Source of the DNA: Candidatus Porisulfidus sp. TsSOB
Lineage (GTDB): Bacteria; Pseudomonadota; Gammaproteobacteria; Poriferisulfidales; Poriferisulfidaceae
Direction of reading: 5' to 3'
Length of the DNA stretch: 64,000 bases
NCBI GenBank assembly: GCA_002631715.1
Contig: MRSX01000002.1
Coordinates: 152,478 to 216,477, forward strand
This document shows, piece by piece, positions 1 through 9,581 of this stretch (positions within the stretch are counted from its first letter, which is position 1; each line of letters begins with the position of its first letter). Under the pieces are notes generated by a model. The model made no database searches, had not been told where the DNA came from, and was given only the letters and a program-made list of their open reading frames with translations. The position numbers and the translations under genes are program-made.

Positions 1-1383
1 GAACAGGAACAGTTCAGCAACGAATTCCGGTATTTCGGATCGTTCCTTGACGACCGGGTGGATCTGACCGCGGGCCTGTACTGGTTCGACCAGGACATCG
101 GCTATTGGGAACGTCGAGTGCTATTCCGGGAGCGTCACGCCGTCTACAACCCCGCTCGCCCGCTCTGCAACGTTGCCCCAGTGCGGGCGGGTCTGAACAG
201 TATCCCGGGACTGCCTGCGTTGTGCGTGGAAAGCTCGGGGACTTACACCAGCACTTGGCACAACAGCTGGATCGATTCCACGCTGGGCGGCTCTCAGGAC
301 CAGACGACGCGGGGAGCCTTCATCCATGCAGATGTACACGCGACGCCAAGCATGACCTTCAACCTGGGCGTGCGCTACACCTACGAGAAAAAGAAGGCAG
401 ACATCGCGACATTCGATCCCGGGGTTTTCATGATTGAAGTGGCGCCTGGCCTAGCCCCCGTCCCAATCGGAGACTCGCGGTGCGATTTCGACGCCAGGAC
501 CTGCAACTTCAATTACTCGGACGAGCGCAGTTGGAACAGCTGGACACCAAAAGTCGGCATGCAGTACCATGCGAGCGACACCGTGAACCTGTACGCGTTC
601 TGGACTAAGGGCTTTCGCAGCGGCGGCTACAACTTCCGGCATACAGATCCTGACGTCGATCCGGAGCCGTTCAACGAGGAGCGGCAGAATTCCTATGAAG
701 TCGGTGCCAAGGTGGATTGGCTCGACGGACATCTGCGCACCAATCTGGCGCTGTTCTACAACAAGGTGGACGACATGCAGCGCGAAGTAGCGCGAACGCA
801 TCCCACCGCGGGCTCGGTACAGAATATCCTGAACCCCGCCGATGCAACACTGCGGGGCATCGAGTTGGAAGTCTGGGCCCAGCTTTCCGAAAACCTGACG
901 CTGTCGGCCAATCTCGGCTATACGGACGGCGAGTACGACACTGTGCGCGAGGATCTCAATAGAGACGGAAAGGTCGATGGAAAGGACGAAGACCTGGACT
1001 TGCCGCGTCTGGCGCCGTTGACCTACAGTCTGGGGCTGACCCACAGCCTTCCGATGGAGTCATGGAACGGCGTGTTGCTGACTCGGGTGGATTTCAGCCA
1101 TAACGATGACGCGGCCTCGGACGACGCCAATCTCGGAAAGCTGAGCGAAGTCGACATGCTGGAGGCGAGTCTGACCTATGTCAGTTTCGATGGACGGCTG
1201 CGGCTTTCCCTGTTCGGCAAAAACCTGCTGGACGAGGTCCAGGAGGGCGGCGAGTCAAGGTTTCCAGCCAATTTCCCCGGTGGTCCATTCGCTCCAGACG
1301 GCTACAAAGGCACTGGCATGGTGTTTGCGCCCCTGACCAACGAGGGGCGCCGCGGGGGGTTTCGGATTTCCTACCAGTATTGA
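1..1383 (+). CDS. TonB-dependent outer-membrane receptor, C-terminal part (5' end lies outside the window; frame is open from nt 1)
   Basis: The reading frame is open from nt 1 to the stop at 1381-1383. The sequence shows beta-barrel segments with alternating hydrophobic/aromatic residues, NxxD/GYNF-type motifs and a C-terminal aromatic. It lies next to fur. Confidence 0.7.
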   Translation, partial: EQEQFSNEFRYFGSFLDDRVDLTAGLYWFDQDIGYWERRVLFRERHAVYNPARPLCNVAPVRAGLNSIPGLPALCVESSGTYTSTWHNSWIDSTLGGSQDQTTRGAFIHADVHATPSMTFNLGVRYTYEKKKADIATFDPGVFMIEVAPGLAPVPIGDSRCDFDARTCNFNYSDERSWNSWTPKVGMQYHASDTVNLYAFWTKGFRSGGYNFRHTDPDVDPEPFNEERQNSYEVGAKVDWLDGHLRTNLALFYNKVDDMQREVARTHPTAGSVQNILNPADATLRGIELEVWAQLSENLTLSANLGYTDGEYDTVREDLNRDGKVDGKDEDLDLPRLAPLTYSLGLTHSLPMESWNGVLLTRVDFSHNDDAASDDANLGKLSEVDMLEASLTYVSFDGRLRLSLFGKNLLDEVQEGGESRFPANFPGGPFAPDGYKGTGMVFAPLTNEGRRGGFRISYQY

Positions 1384-1420
1384 ACGATTCTGAGCGTTCG
1401 GCTCAAAATCCGTTCTAGAC

Positions 1421-2155
1421 CTATTCGGAAGCCGGGGCAGGGTCGCGCCGGAAGCACCAGGCCGTCGGACTGCGCGCTGTATCCCCCGGCACGGCAACGC
1501 CTTCGGGATCCAGCAACAGCGCGTAACTGTAGCTGGGAAAGACTGCCACCACCACGGCCCGAAGCCAGGATGCCGGCTCCGCTTCTTTCTTGACCGGAAC
1601 CACTGTCAGTCCCGTGCCGATCGACAGAAACTCCAAGCTGCCCGCATTCAGGCGGACCACCGGAAGAGGTCGCGTCTCGCTGTTCGGCCAAAACCTCGAA
1701 ACCCTGCGGTGGATCGCACGTGCCGGCTCATGCACGACGATTTCGGTCAAGTCGATCTCAATGTGTTGCGGCGGGTGCACCCACGCATCCGGAATCCAAA
1801 TGAAAGGCTCGATTCCACCAACATCGAAAGCTTCTAATACCTGAGCATGCGGTTGGTCGCCGTTTCCGAGTCGGGCGCGCTGGATCCAACCGCGCCCATT
1901 GACCTGCACACGGACCAGAAGGTCTCCCGGACCGATCGGCACTGGCGGCTCGTACCCGGGCCACGGGCACCACACCTCTGGCCAGTCCTGCGGGTCCTTG
2001 ACGAAACGCCGCGCCGCATCCGCTTCGGCTTCTCCCTGGCGCACCAGATAGACGTGCGGCGCGTCGTCACGCAGCCACTCCTTCGCCGGATCTGCCTCGA
2101 AAGAGGCAAATACGGAACCGGAAATCAGGAAAAGAGCCAAAACCGCTGAGCGCAT
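1421..2155 (-). CDS. secreted hypothetical protein (N-terminal signal peptide MRSAVLALFLISGSVFA)
   Basis: 244-aa ORF with a cleavable-looking signal peptide and a Pro/Trp-rich mature part. I recognise no domain. Confidence 0.45.
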   Translation of the reverse strand: MRSAVLALFLISGSVFASFEADPAKEWLRDDAPHVYLVRQGEAEADAARRFVKDPQDWPEVWCPWPGYEPPVPIGPGDLLVRVQVNGRGWIQRARLGNGDQPHAQVLEAFDVGGIEPFIWIPDAWVHPPQHIEIDLTEIVVHEPARAIHRRVSRFWPNSETRPLPVVRLNAGSLEFLSIGTGLTVVPVKKEAEPASWLRAVVVAVFPSYSYALLLDPEGVAVPGDTARSPTAWCFRRDPAPASE

Positions 2156-2208
2156 CTACCAATTTTAGAGCATGGGGGTACACTACGCCCCTCTTACCGG
2201 CCAATCCC

Positions 2209-3963
2209 GTGAAAGCCACTCTCGTTTCGAACCTGACCCAGGCATGGCAGACCCTGCACCAACAGGGCTTGTTGCCCGACCCGAATCCCGATCGAATCGA
2301 AGTCGTGTCGACCAAGGATCCAAGACATGGAGATTACGCCTGCAACCTTGCCCTGATCCTGGCGCGGGAAGCAAGCCTCGATGCGCGCGAACTGGCCGAT
2401 CGGATCATCCAGAACCTGCCGGAAAACCCGGACCTGTTGGCCGCGGAAGTGGCGGGCCCGGGATTCATCAATTTTCAGTTACGGCCTGAAGCCAAAGCGG
2501 AGATCGTCGACCAGGTCCTGAGCCAAGCTACGAATTACGGAACCCGGCCGCCCGGCAGCGAACAACGCATCCTGATCGAATACGTCTCCGCCAACCCGAC
2601 CGGACCCCTGCATGTCGGACACGGCCGCGGGGCCGCGCTCGGCTCCTGCCTCGCCCGGATCCTCGAGGCGGCTGGCCATACGGTCGAGTGCGAATACTTC
2701 ATCAACGACGCCGGACGACAAATGGACATCCTGGCGATTTCCGTCTGGCTGCGTTACCTGGAACTGTGCGGAGAACCCGTGATCTTCCCGGAAGCCGGAT
2801 ATCAGGGCGACTATATCCTGGACATTGCGGCCGACTGCCACCGTACTCGTGGCGACGTGTGGCGGGCCTCGTTCGAAAACATCCGGGCGGGCGCACCGGA
2901 CGACGGGCCGGACGAGGACGGGCACAACATGTACCTGGACTTTCTGATTCTTCGAGCCCGGGATTTCCTCGACGAGACAGTCTGGGCCGAGTTGGCCTCG
3001 GTTGCGGTCGACACGCTGCTTGAGCGTATCCGCCGTGATCTGGATCATTTCGGCGCAAGTTTTGATTATTGGCAGTCCGAACGCGAACTGCTGGACGACG
3101 GTAAGGTCGAGCAAACCATCGCGCAATTGCGGGAAGCCGGCCATCTGTACGAACTGGAGGGCGCCCTCTGGTTCCGTTCAAGCGAATTCGGTGACGAAAA
3201 GGATCGCGTCGTCCAGAGAAGCAACGGACAGTGGACGTATTTCGCGACCGACATCGCCTATCATGCCGACAAGATGGCGCGCGGCTACGGCACCGCGATC
3301 AATATCTGGGGAGCGGATCATCACGGCTACGCGGGACGGGTGCGTGCCGCGCTTCAGGCGCTCGGGATCGACCCTGAGCGGCTGGAAATCCTGCTGGTCC
3401 AATTCGCCAACCTATACCGAGGCAAACAAAAAATCTCGATGTCGACGCGCAGCGGAGAGTTCGTGACCCTGCAGTCGCTGCAGCACGAAGTCGGACAGGA
3501 TGCGGCACGCTTCTTCTACGTCATGCGCAAATCGGACCAACACCTGGACTTCGACCTTCAACTGGCCACCGAACAAAGCGTGGACAATCCGGTCTACTAC
3601 GTGCAGTACGCACACGCAAGAATCTGCAGCATCCTGGAGCGAGCGAAAGATGAGGACATCAACATTCCCGAGGATCCCTGCGACTTGTCACCGCTGACCG
3701 ATGAAGGTGAACGCGCGTTGCAGAAACAGTTGTCACGCTATCCGGACGCGGTCCTGCGCTCGGCCCAAGAACGCGAACCGCACCACCTGACTGTCTACCT
3801 GCGCAAACTGGCTCAGGAGTTTCACGCTTACTATAATGCCGTTGCCGTGTTGGTTGATGAGCTTCCCGTGTGCCAGGCCCGACTCCGGTTGATCATGGCG
3901 GTACGCCAGACGCTCGGCAACGGGCTAAACCTGTTGAACATCGACGCCCCCGAGAGCATGTGA
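2209..3963 (+). CDS. argS: arginine--tRNA ligase
   Basis: GTG start. Class I HIGH motif (PTGPLHVGHGRGAALG), a KMSKS-like ISMSTRSG, and the C-terminal DALR anticodon-binding region; 584 aa. Confidence 0.95.
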   Translation: MKATLVSNLTQAWQTLHQQGLLPDPNPDRIEVVSTKDPRHGDYACNLALILAREASLDARELADRIIQNLPENPDLLAAEVAGPGFINFQLRPEAKAEIVDQVLSQATNYGTRPPGSEQRILIEYVSANPTGPLHVGHGRGAALGSCLARILEAAGHTVECEYFINDAGRQMDILAISVWLRYLELCGEPVIFPEAGYQGDYILDIAADCHRTRGDVWRASFENIRAGAPDDGPDEDGHNMYLDFLILRARDFLDETVWAELASVAVDTLLERIRRDLDHFGASFDYWQSERELLDDGKVEQTIAQLREAGHLYELEGALWFRSSEFGDEKDRVVQRSNGQWTYFATDIAYHADKMARGYGTAINIWGADHHGYAGRVRAALQALGIDPERLEILLVQFANLYRGKQKISMSTRSGEFVTLQSLQHEVGQDAARFFYVMRKSDQHLDFDLQLATEQSVDNPVYYVQYAHARICSILERAKDEDINIPEDPCDLSPLTDEGERALQKQLSRYPDAVLRSAQEREPHHLTVYLRKLAQEFHAYYNAVAVLVDELPVCQARLRLIMAVRQTLGNGLNLLNIDAPESM

Positions 3964-4562
3964 TGGCGGCCCCTAAAAAACGTACCGCAGCCCCGAAACG
4001 ACGTCCCGCAACTCCCAAGCGGCGACCAACCGCCAAAAAGCGCAAAACACGCGCACGCAAACCCCTTCCTCCATGGCTCCTACTCGGCGGTGGTCTGCTG
4101 ATCGGCATCGTCAGCGTCTTGGTGTTCAACGTGGCGAAGGAAGTGGAATGGGGTGCCCTATGGGGTAATGCGCAGCCACCGAAGATGGCCACGGCGAAGC
4201 CGGCGGAAACACTGCGGTTCGACTTCTACACCATCCTGCCCAGCCAAGAAGTCGTGGTGCCGGATCCAGAACCGCCGGCCAAAAAAGAATCAAAACCGGG
4301 CAACAAGAAAGCCAAGCCCGTGCCCGAGGGCGTTTATTACTTGCAAGCGGGCTCTTTCCGCAGTCTCGACGACGCCAACGGCATGAGGGCCCAGGTCATC
4401 CTGCTCGGAACCGAAGCGTCCATCCAGACCGTCACCATCGACCGCGACACCTGGCACCGGGTCCGGGTCGGACCCTACAAGAACCTGGCGCGACTGCGCG
4501 AAGTGCGCAAGCGGCTTCGTGACAACCGGATCGAGACGCTGCTGATCCGCGCGCACAAGTAG
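3963..4562 (+). CDS. SPOR-domain protein (FtsN/DedD-like) with a Lys/Arg/Pro-rich N-terminal tail and one TM helix
   Basis: ATG at 3963 overlaps the argS stop (ATGA). The N-terminal 3870-3962 part of the track ORF lies inside argS. The C-terminus (YYLQAGSF...WHRVRVGPY) matches SPOR peptidoglycan-binding domains. Confidence 0.8.
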   Translation: MAAPKKRTAAPKRRPATPKRRPTAKKRKTRARKPLPPWLLLGGGLLIGIVSVLVFNVAKEVEWGALWGNAQPPKMATAKPAETLRFDFYTILPSQEVVVPDPEPPAKKESKPGNKKAKPVPEGVYYLQAGSFRSLDDANGMRAQVILLGTEASIQTVTIDRDTWHRVRVGPYKNLARLREVRKRLRDNRIETLLIRAHK

Positions 4563-4568
4563 GCGCGA

Positions 4569-4781
4569 TCACTCAGCCTGGATTTCTCCCTCGACCACCA
4601 CGCTCAACGGCGAATTCGGGGGCTGGTCGCCATAATCGGTCAGGTCCTCCAGCGTACAGCGCAATCGTAGGGGGACACCGTCCCCCAGGATCGCCAAGTG
4701 CCGGACAATGGCCTCGTCTGCCTGCACTCCAAACCGCTTCAGAAGCATGCGGATATCCTTCCGGTTTTCTTCGCTCATCAA
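4569..4781 (-). CDS. small hypothetical protein (70 aa)
   Basis: A strong SD (GGAGA) sits 5 nt upstream of the ATG. It is divergent from fur. I recognise no domain. Confidence 0.4.
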   Translation of the reverse strand: MMSEENRKDIRMLLKRFGVQADEAIVRHLAILGDGVPLRLRCTLEDLTDYGDQPPNSPLSVVVEGEIQAE

Positions 4782-4903
4782 TTTCTCCTCGGAATCTCCC
4801 GGGCTCGGTCTTTACACCACCAATTTTAGAACGGCACCCAACTCTTTCCTATGAGCCTCTATGCTAGAGTAAGAGATTGCCCTGATTGGCGGAGATTCCC
4901 CCC

Positions 4904-5320
4904 ATGTCCAGCGACGACGGATTGCGCAAGGCGGGCCTCAAGAGCACCGTTCCCCGGTTGAAAATCCTGGCTGTTCTGGAAAACAGCGACGTGCGGCACA
5001 TGTCGGCCGAAGACCTCTACCGCAGGCTGCTGGACGCCAACGAAGACATCGGGCTTGCGACCGTGTACCGGGTCTTGACCCAGTTCGAGCAGGCAGGCCT
5101 GGTGGTCCGGCACAACTTCGACGCGGGCCGGGCCGTCTACGAACTCAACGACGAATCACCGCACGAGCACCTGATCTGCACGGAGTGCAACGCGGTCATC
5201 GAATTCGAGGATCCCGAACTCGTCGAACATCTCCGGGAGATCATCCGGCAGAAACACTTCGACCTGCAGAGCCACTCCCTGTACCTGTACGGCGTCTGCA
5301 GCGATTGCCGGGATAAGTAG
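4904..5320 (+). CDS. fur: ferric uptake regulator Fur
   Basis: MSSDDGLRKAGLKSTVPRLKIL... aligns with Fur N-termini. HEH/CxxC metal sites are present (HEHLICTECN...CSDC). An alternative in-frame ATG lies at 4886. Confidence 0.9.
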   Translation: MSSDDGLRKAGLKSTVPRLKILAVLENSDVRHMSAEDLYRRLLDANEDIGLATVYRVLTQFEQAGLVVRHNFDAGRAVYELNDESPHEHLICTECNAVIEFEDPELVEHLREIIRQKHFDLQSHSLYLYGVCSDCRDK

Positions 5321-5354
5321 GCCCCGCACAGCGGCGAGACCTACTGTCATCGAT

Positions 5355-5372
5355 GCGGCCAACCGCGGCCGC
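5355..5372. terminator. GC-rich hairpin between convergent fur and TonB-receptor genes (possible bidirectional terminator)
   Basis: gcggcc-aaccgc-ggccgc: a 6-bp perfect stem with a 6-nt loop, and no U-tract. Confidence 0.3.
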
Positions 5373-5374
5373 GT

Positions 5375-7654
5375 TCACCACTCCCAGTTCAACCGGACGT
5401 AGATATTGCGCCCCGGCCCCGGCAAGCGCTCGCCGACCGCCAATTCTCCCCCGCTGACCCGGTTGAAGCCGTTCATGTGGTCAACGTACATGCGGTCCGT
5501 CAGGTTCTCCACGCCGGCGGACAGCATAAAGTCCATAGATGGATGCATGTACTCGGTACGCAGGTTGTACAGCGCGTACCCTGAAGTCGGGCGGTTGTGG
5601 TTGTTGCCGCTCTGGGGATCGTCCAGCATGAGTTGAGATATCTTGGACTGGCGTGCTGCCCAGTCCACTTCCATCGATATCACCCAGTCGTCCAGGGTGC
5701 GCGAGGCAGACAGCAGGCCGCGCAATGGCGGCATACGATAAATGTTGTCGTCCCGGATCGTGCGGGTTGTGTCATTCTTCCGTCTCTGGCTCTGGAAGGA
5801 CTCGCGCAGTTTGCCGCGCACGTAGCTGACCGTGCCGTCCAGTCGCCAGTCTTCCGTCAGCGGGAACCCAAATACCGCGTCAGCCCCATAGAACTCGGCA
5901 TCGACATTGGCGAACTGGACCGGGGTCGGATCGCCGTTGAGCATTCTGCTGACCCGGATGATGTGTTCGTCCGTGGCCGGAATCCCGGTGATGTAGTCGT
6001 CGACTCGGCGTGCGAAGACTCTCGGCGAGAATTTCTTTCCACTATCTTCCCAGTTCAGGCCCAACTCGATCTGCCAAGAATCTTCCGGCTTGAGGTTGAT
6101 GTCGCCCACGTAGTTGTTGCCGTCGCCCAGGCCCGCGTTGATCTCAAGCGGAACCCACAGGTAGCGTTCCATGTAGGCCGGTGCCCGGGTCTTGTGCGCC
6201 AGGCCGAACTCAAGTTCCGTCGATTCACCCCATTCGTAACGGAATACGGCCGTGGCATCGATTTCCGTGTCCGTTTGGCTGCGGTCGGCCCGGTTGAAGC
6301 GCCCGCTCAGCATGCCGACCGACATCGCCGGGGGCGGCATCCAGTCCTCCGGAGTCAGCGTGGGATCGTCGCAGCCTCTTGTGGCCAGAGACCCATTCGG
6401 TCCGTATTTAAGATGTTCGCCGTTGGCGTTGACCCGCAAAAGCATCTGGCAGGTCGGCCGGAAATGCTGAACAGTATCGGCATCGGTACGGGTGTGGTGA
6501 ACCCGGACACCGAATTCGCCACTCCATAGGCCTGTCAGATCGCCGCTCCATTCAATAAATGCTCCGTATTCGTCCGTTGTCGCGTCGTCGAAGTTCTCGA
6601 CGAAGAAAGGAGGTGCATCTGGATCGAAAACGGTTGCCCCGTTCTCGCTCTGCCTGAAGTCCGCTCCCATGCGCAGGGTCCCGTCGCCCCATGGCCGGCT
6701 CCCGGCCAGTTTGCCGCCAACCGACAATCCGTCGACCAGCACCAAGCGTTTATCGGTCCCGCGGAACGGCGGCAGGATATCCGCCATGGGATTGCTGAAG
6801 TCTGGGGGGTCGCGCAGCGCATAGTTGGACATGTCGTGGTCGGTTTCCTGGTAATGAACCTGCGCCTCCATGTGCCACTCCCCCGTATCGCCGCGGTAAC
6901 GCAGATTGATCAGGTCCGTATGGTAGAAGTGGATGTCCATCGGCAAAGCCGGAACGCCGGCATCACCGGTATTGTTCCGGGCATAGTCGATCATCAGTTC
7001 ACCCTCGCCCAGTTGGTGGCCCATGCCGAACCCGAAGAAATCCCGCTTGTAGTGGGAGGTCCGGATCTTGACGTCCGCGCTGTTCGCCTCGTCGCCCTGA
7101 TCGTGCGCCCCGTACAGGTGGTATCGGGAACGGTCATTCGCCAGCGACAGGAACACGCTCGCGTTGTTGCCGTCATTGAACGAAAGGTTGTCCGCCGTCA
7201 CCCGTGCGTGGAATTCGTAATCTTTCGACAGGGTGTATCGGCTGGTGTACGAAAGCGCATCGATGTAGCCGCCGATCGCGGATCCGGCCCCGACCGGCGC
7301 GATGCCCCGGTGGACCTGCACTGATTCCATCAGGGAACTCGGCATGTAGTGCAGCGGGCTATCCATCCAGGCGGGGCCCGCCGTATGCGGCTGTCGACCG
7401 TCCAGATGAGTCTGAACCCGGTAGGTATGCAATCCCCGGTATTGCGGAATGCTGGTCAGGGCACCGTTACGGCTGACCGCGCCACCCGGCGCCAGACGAA
7501 TCAGGTTGGGCGTGTCTGTCGGGACGCCAGCATGCTGGAACACCGTCCTGGAACCGAACACCGTGATGATTTCCTGTGCGTGAACAGTCACTGTCGTGAA
7601 CAGAAACGCCGTGACGGCCAGCAGCCCTGAGAGAGAAAAACTGCATATCTGCAT
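5375..7654 (-). CDS. TonB-dependent receptor (siderophore/haem-type), full length
   Basis: Starting at the third Met (7654) gives a signal peptide MQICSFSLSGLLAVTAFLFTTVTVHAQE, a plug-domain TonB-box-like ITVFGS, and a C-terminal RLNWEW ending in aromatic Trp. The track ORF extends to 7708. Confidence 0.85.
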   Translation of the reverse strand: MQICSFSLSGLLAVTAFLFTTVTVHAQEIITVFGSRTVFQHAGVPTDTPNLIRLAPGGAVSRNGALTSIPQYRGLHTYRVQTHLDGRQPHTAGPAWMDSPLHYMPSSLMESVQVHRGIAPVGAGSAIGGYIDALSYTSRYTLSKDYEFHARVTADNLSFNDGNNASVFLSLANDRSRYHLYGAHDQGDEANSADVKIRTSHYKRDFFGFGMGHQLGEGELMIDYARNNTGDAGVPALPMDIHFYHTDLINLRYRGDTGEWHMEAQVHYQETDHDMSNYALRDPPDFSNPMADILPPFRGTDKRLVLVDGLSVGGKLAGSRPWGDGTLRMGADFRQSENGATVFDPDAPPFFVENFDDATTDEYGAFIEWSGDLTGLWSGEFGVRVHHTRTDADTVQHFRPTCQMLLRVNANGEHLKYGPNGSLATRGCDDPTLTPEDWMPPPAMSVGMLSGRFNRADRSQTDTEIDATAVFRYEWGESTELEFGLAHKTRAPAYMERYLWVPLEINAGLGDGNNYVGDINLKPEDSWQIELGLNWEDSGKKFSPRVFARRVDDYITGIPATDEHIIRVSRMLNGDPTPVQFANVDAEFYGADAVFGFPLTEDWRLDGTVSYVRGKLRESFQSQRRKNDTTRTIRDDNIYRMPPLRGLLSASRTLDDWVISMEVDWAARQSKISQLMLDDPQSGNNHNRPTSGYALYNLRTEYMHPSMDFMLSAGVENLTDRMYVDHMNGFNRVSGGELAVGERLPGPGRNIYVRLNWEW

Positions 7655-7850
7655 GCAGATCACTCCACAATGTGTCATAAGAAATCCTCCTTGCGATTTC
7701 CCGGTCAATCAAAAGGCCGATCAAGGCCAAAGCCCCTGATCGGCCAGATCTAAACAGGCTGCCAAGGGGCTCCGCCCCCGGTAGCCGGCAGTAATCCTAT
7801 CAGAATTTTTCGAAAAACCCGGATTTGTCGCTATTTTCGGGGCTTCAAGA

Positions 7851-9581
7851 TTAGTGGCCGACCACCACCAACCACAGGCACTGGTACGGCGTCAGCGTCA
7901 GATCCAGATGGCGGTGATGGACCCGGATCCGATTTTGCCCGATCAGGTCATTCACCGCACGCGGCAGCCCCAGTGGCTCCGTATCCAGATTCACGCGTTG
8001 CGGCTGTGGCGTGATGTTGCAGAGCACCAGAATCTTCTGTCGTGAAGACTCCCGAACCAGGCCGAGAAACCCCGAGCCAAGAGCCAACGGAGTCATCGAC
8101 GCCTGCGGCGCAAACGCGGGCTGCCCGGCGCGCAAGCGAATCAGGCCAAGCAGAGCCTCCAATACTTCCCGCCTCGGGTGCCCTGGCTCGTTCAATTGCT
8201 GTTCAAGTGCTGCCCGATCCAATTGGCCGCGATTGACCGAGCGTGCGCGTCCGGTCGCGCGCGCCTTCTCCTCGTCGTTCGGTGAAGCCAACAAGCTGTG
8301 GATGTAGAACGCCGGGATCCCCGGAAGCGACAAAAGGATCACATGCGCGCACAGCATCCGGGCGATCTGTAAGTCATCCTCGCCGAAACGGGTGCCACGC
8401 AAGGCATCGAACAGCGTGATGTTGATCTCGTAGGGGTATTCGCGCCCATCGTCGCCGGTTCGGGTGCTGATTCGCCCACCGAAGCGGCGCATCGTTTGCA
8501 GCAAATCCTCCAGTTCCGCCGGGGTGACGATCCCCTCGACCGGGCGCACGCCGATGCCGTCGTGAGAAGCGATGAAATTCAGGAAAGTGCAACCCGGTGG
8601 TAGCTCCGGCCAATCGCGGAGCCACCGGTTCAAGTAAACGGAACTGCCGCGGTGAAGAGCCTGCAGCACCAGAGATGGCAACGCGAACTGGTAGATCAGG
8701 TCCGCCTCATCCCCTTCGCCGAAGTAGCTCAGGTTCTCGTCCTGCGGAACGTTGGTTTCGGTGACGATTCGACAGGCCGGCGCATGCGCTCTGAGAATGG
8801 CGTGGAGCAGGCGGATAATGCGGTGCGTCTGGGGGAGGTGGATGCAACTCGTCCCCGGCTCCTTCCACAGGTAGGCGACTGCGTCCAGCCGCAGCAGGCG
8901 TGCACCGGCCGCCACGTATTGCGCCATCACGTCGATGACCTCAAGCAGGACCTCCGGATTGTGGTAGTTGAAGTCCAGTTGGTCGTCGCTGAATGTCGTC
9001 CAAACCCCGCGACCTTGCGGGTCGTTCGGCAACGGGGTAATCAGCGGGGTCGCCCGTGGCCGGACAATCCCGGTTGTGTCCATTGCCGGATCCACGACAT
9101 GAAACCAGTGCTCCACGCTGGAATCGCCGGACCACAGGCATCGCGCCAGTGAGTGCTCCCGCGAGCAGTGGTTGAGCACCAGATCGGTCATCAAGTCGAA
9201 TTTTTCAGCGATTCGGGAAACATCCTCCCAATCCCCCAAGTCGGGACGTACTTCTCGGTAGGACGACACGGCAAAACCATCATCCGAAGTGAACGGGAAA
9301 TAGGGAAGCAGGTGCACCGCGCTGAATGCGTCCTGCAGGCGGGTTTCCAGGAAGTCGGCCAGAGTGCGCAACGGCGCTTTCCCAGGCTCGGTCAGGGTGT
9401 CGCCATACGTGATCAGCAGCGTGTCCCGCTCTGACCAGCCCTGATCCGGGCGGCAGGGCGCATATGCATACTGCTTGAAGCTCGCGGCAATCCGCTCCTG
9501 CAGCGCATCTGCATCCGCATCCGGGTACAGCACCCGGAGATGTTCGACAATGGCGTTCACGCGTGGCGCTCCAACGCCCAC
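7851..9581 (-). CDS. GH13 subfamily 18 glycoside phosphorylase (sucrose-phosphorylase family; possibly glucosylglycerate phosphorylase)
   Basis: LLITYGDTL, the GH13 nucleophile region GARLLRLDAVAYLWKE, and FIASHDGIGVRP. A roughly 55-aa N-terminal extension precedes the sucrose-phosphorylase core. The start is uncertain and overlaps the queG 3' end. Confidence 0.75.
   Translation of the reverse strand: MGVGAPRVNAIVEHLRVLYPDADADALQERIAASFKQYAYAPCRPDQGWSERDTLLITYGDTLTEPGKAPLRTLADFLETRLQDAFSAVHLLPYFPFTSDDGFAVSSYREVRPDLGDWEDVSRIAEKFDLMTDLVLNHCSREHSLARCLWSGDSSVEHWFHVVDPAMDTTGIVRPRATPLITPLPNDPQGRGVWTTFSDDQLDFNYHNPEVLLEVIDVMAQYVAAGARLLRLDAVAYLWKEPGTSCIHLPQTHRIIRLLHAILRAHAPACRIVTETNVPQDENLSYFGEGDEADLIYQFALPSLVLQALHRGSSVYLNRWLRDWPELPPGCTFLNFIASHDGIGVRPVEGIVTPAELEDLLQTMRRFGGRISTRTGDDGREYPYEINITLFDALRGTRFGEDDLQIARMLCAHVILLSLPGIPAFYIHSLLASPNDEEKARATGRARSVNRGQLDRAALEQQLNEPGHPRREVLEALLGLIRLRAGQPAFAPQASMTPLALGSGFLGLVRESSRQKILVLCNITPQPQRVNLDTEPLGLPRAVNDLIGQNRIRVHHRHLDLTLTPYQCLWLVVVGH

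Noticed and set aside
3870-3962. N-terminal 31 codons of the 230-aa track ORF (MPGPTPVDHGG...)
   Set aside because: They lie inside the argS coding region. The SPOR protein more plausibly starts at the ATG at 3963 that overlaps the argS stop.
4782-4903. Fur box upstream of fur (autoregulation)
   Set aside because: Only a weak AGAGTAAGAGATTG-like stretch is present, too far from the 19-bp consensus to report.
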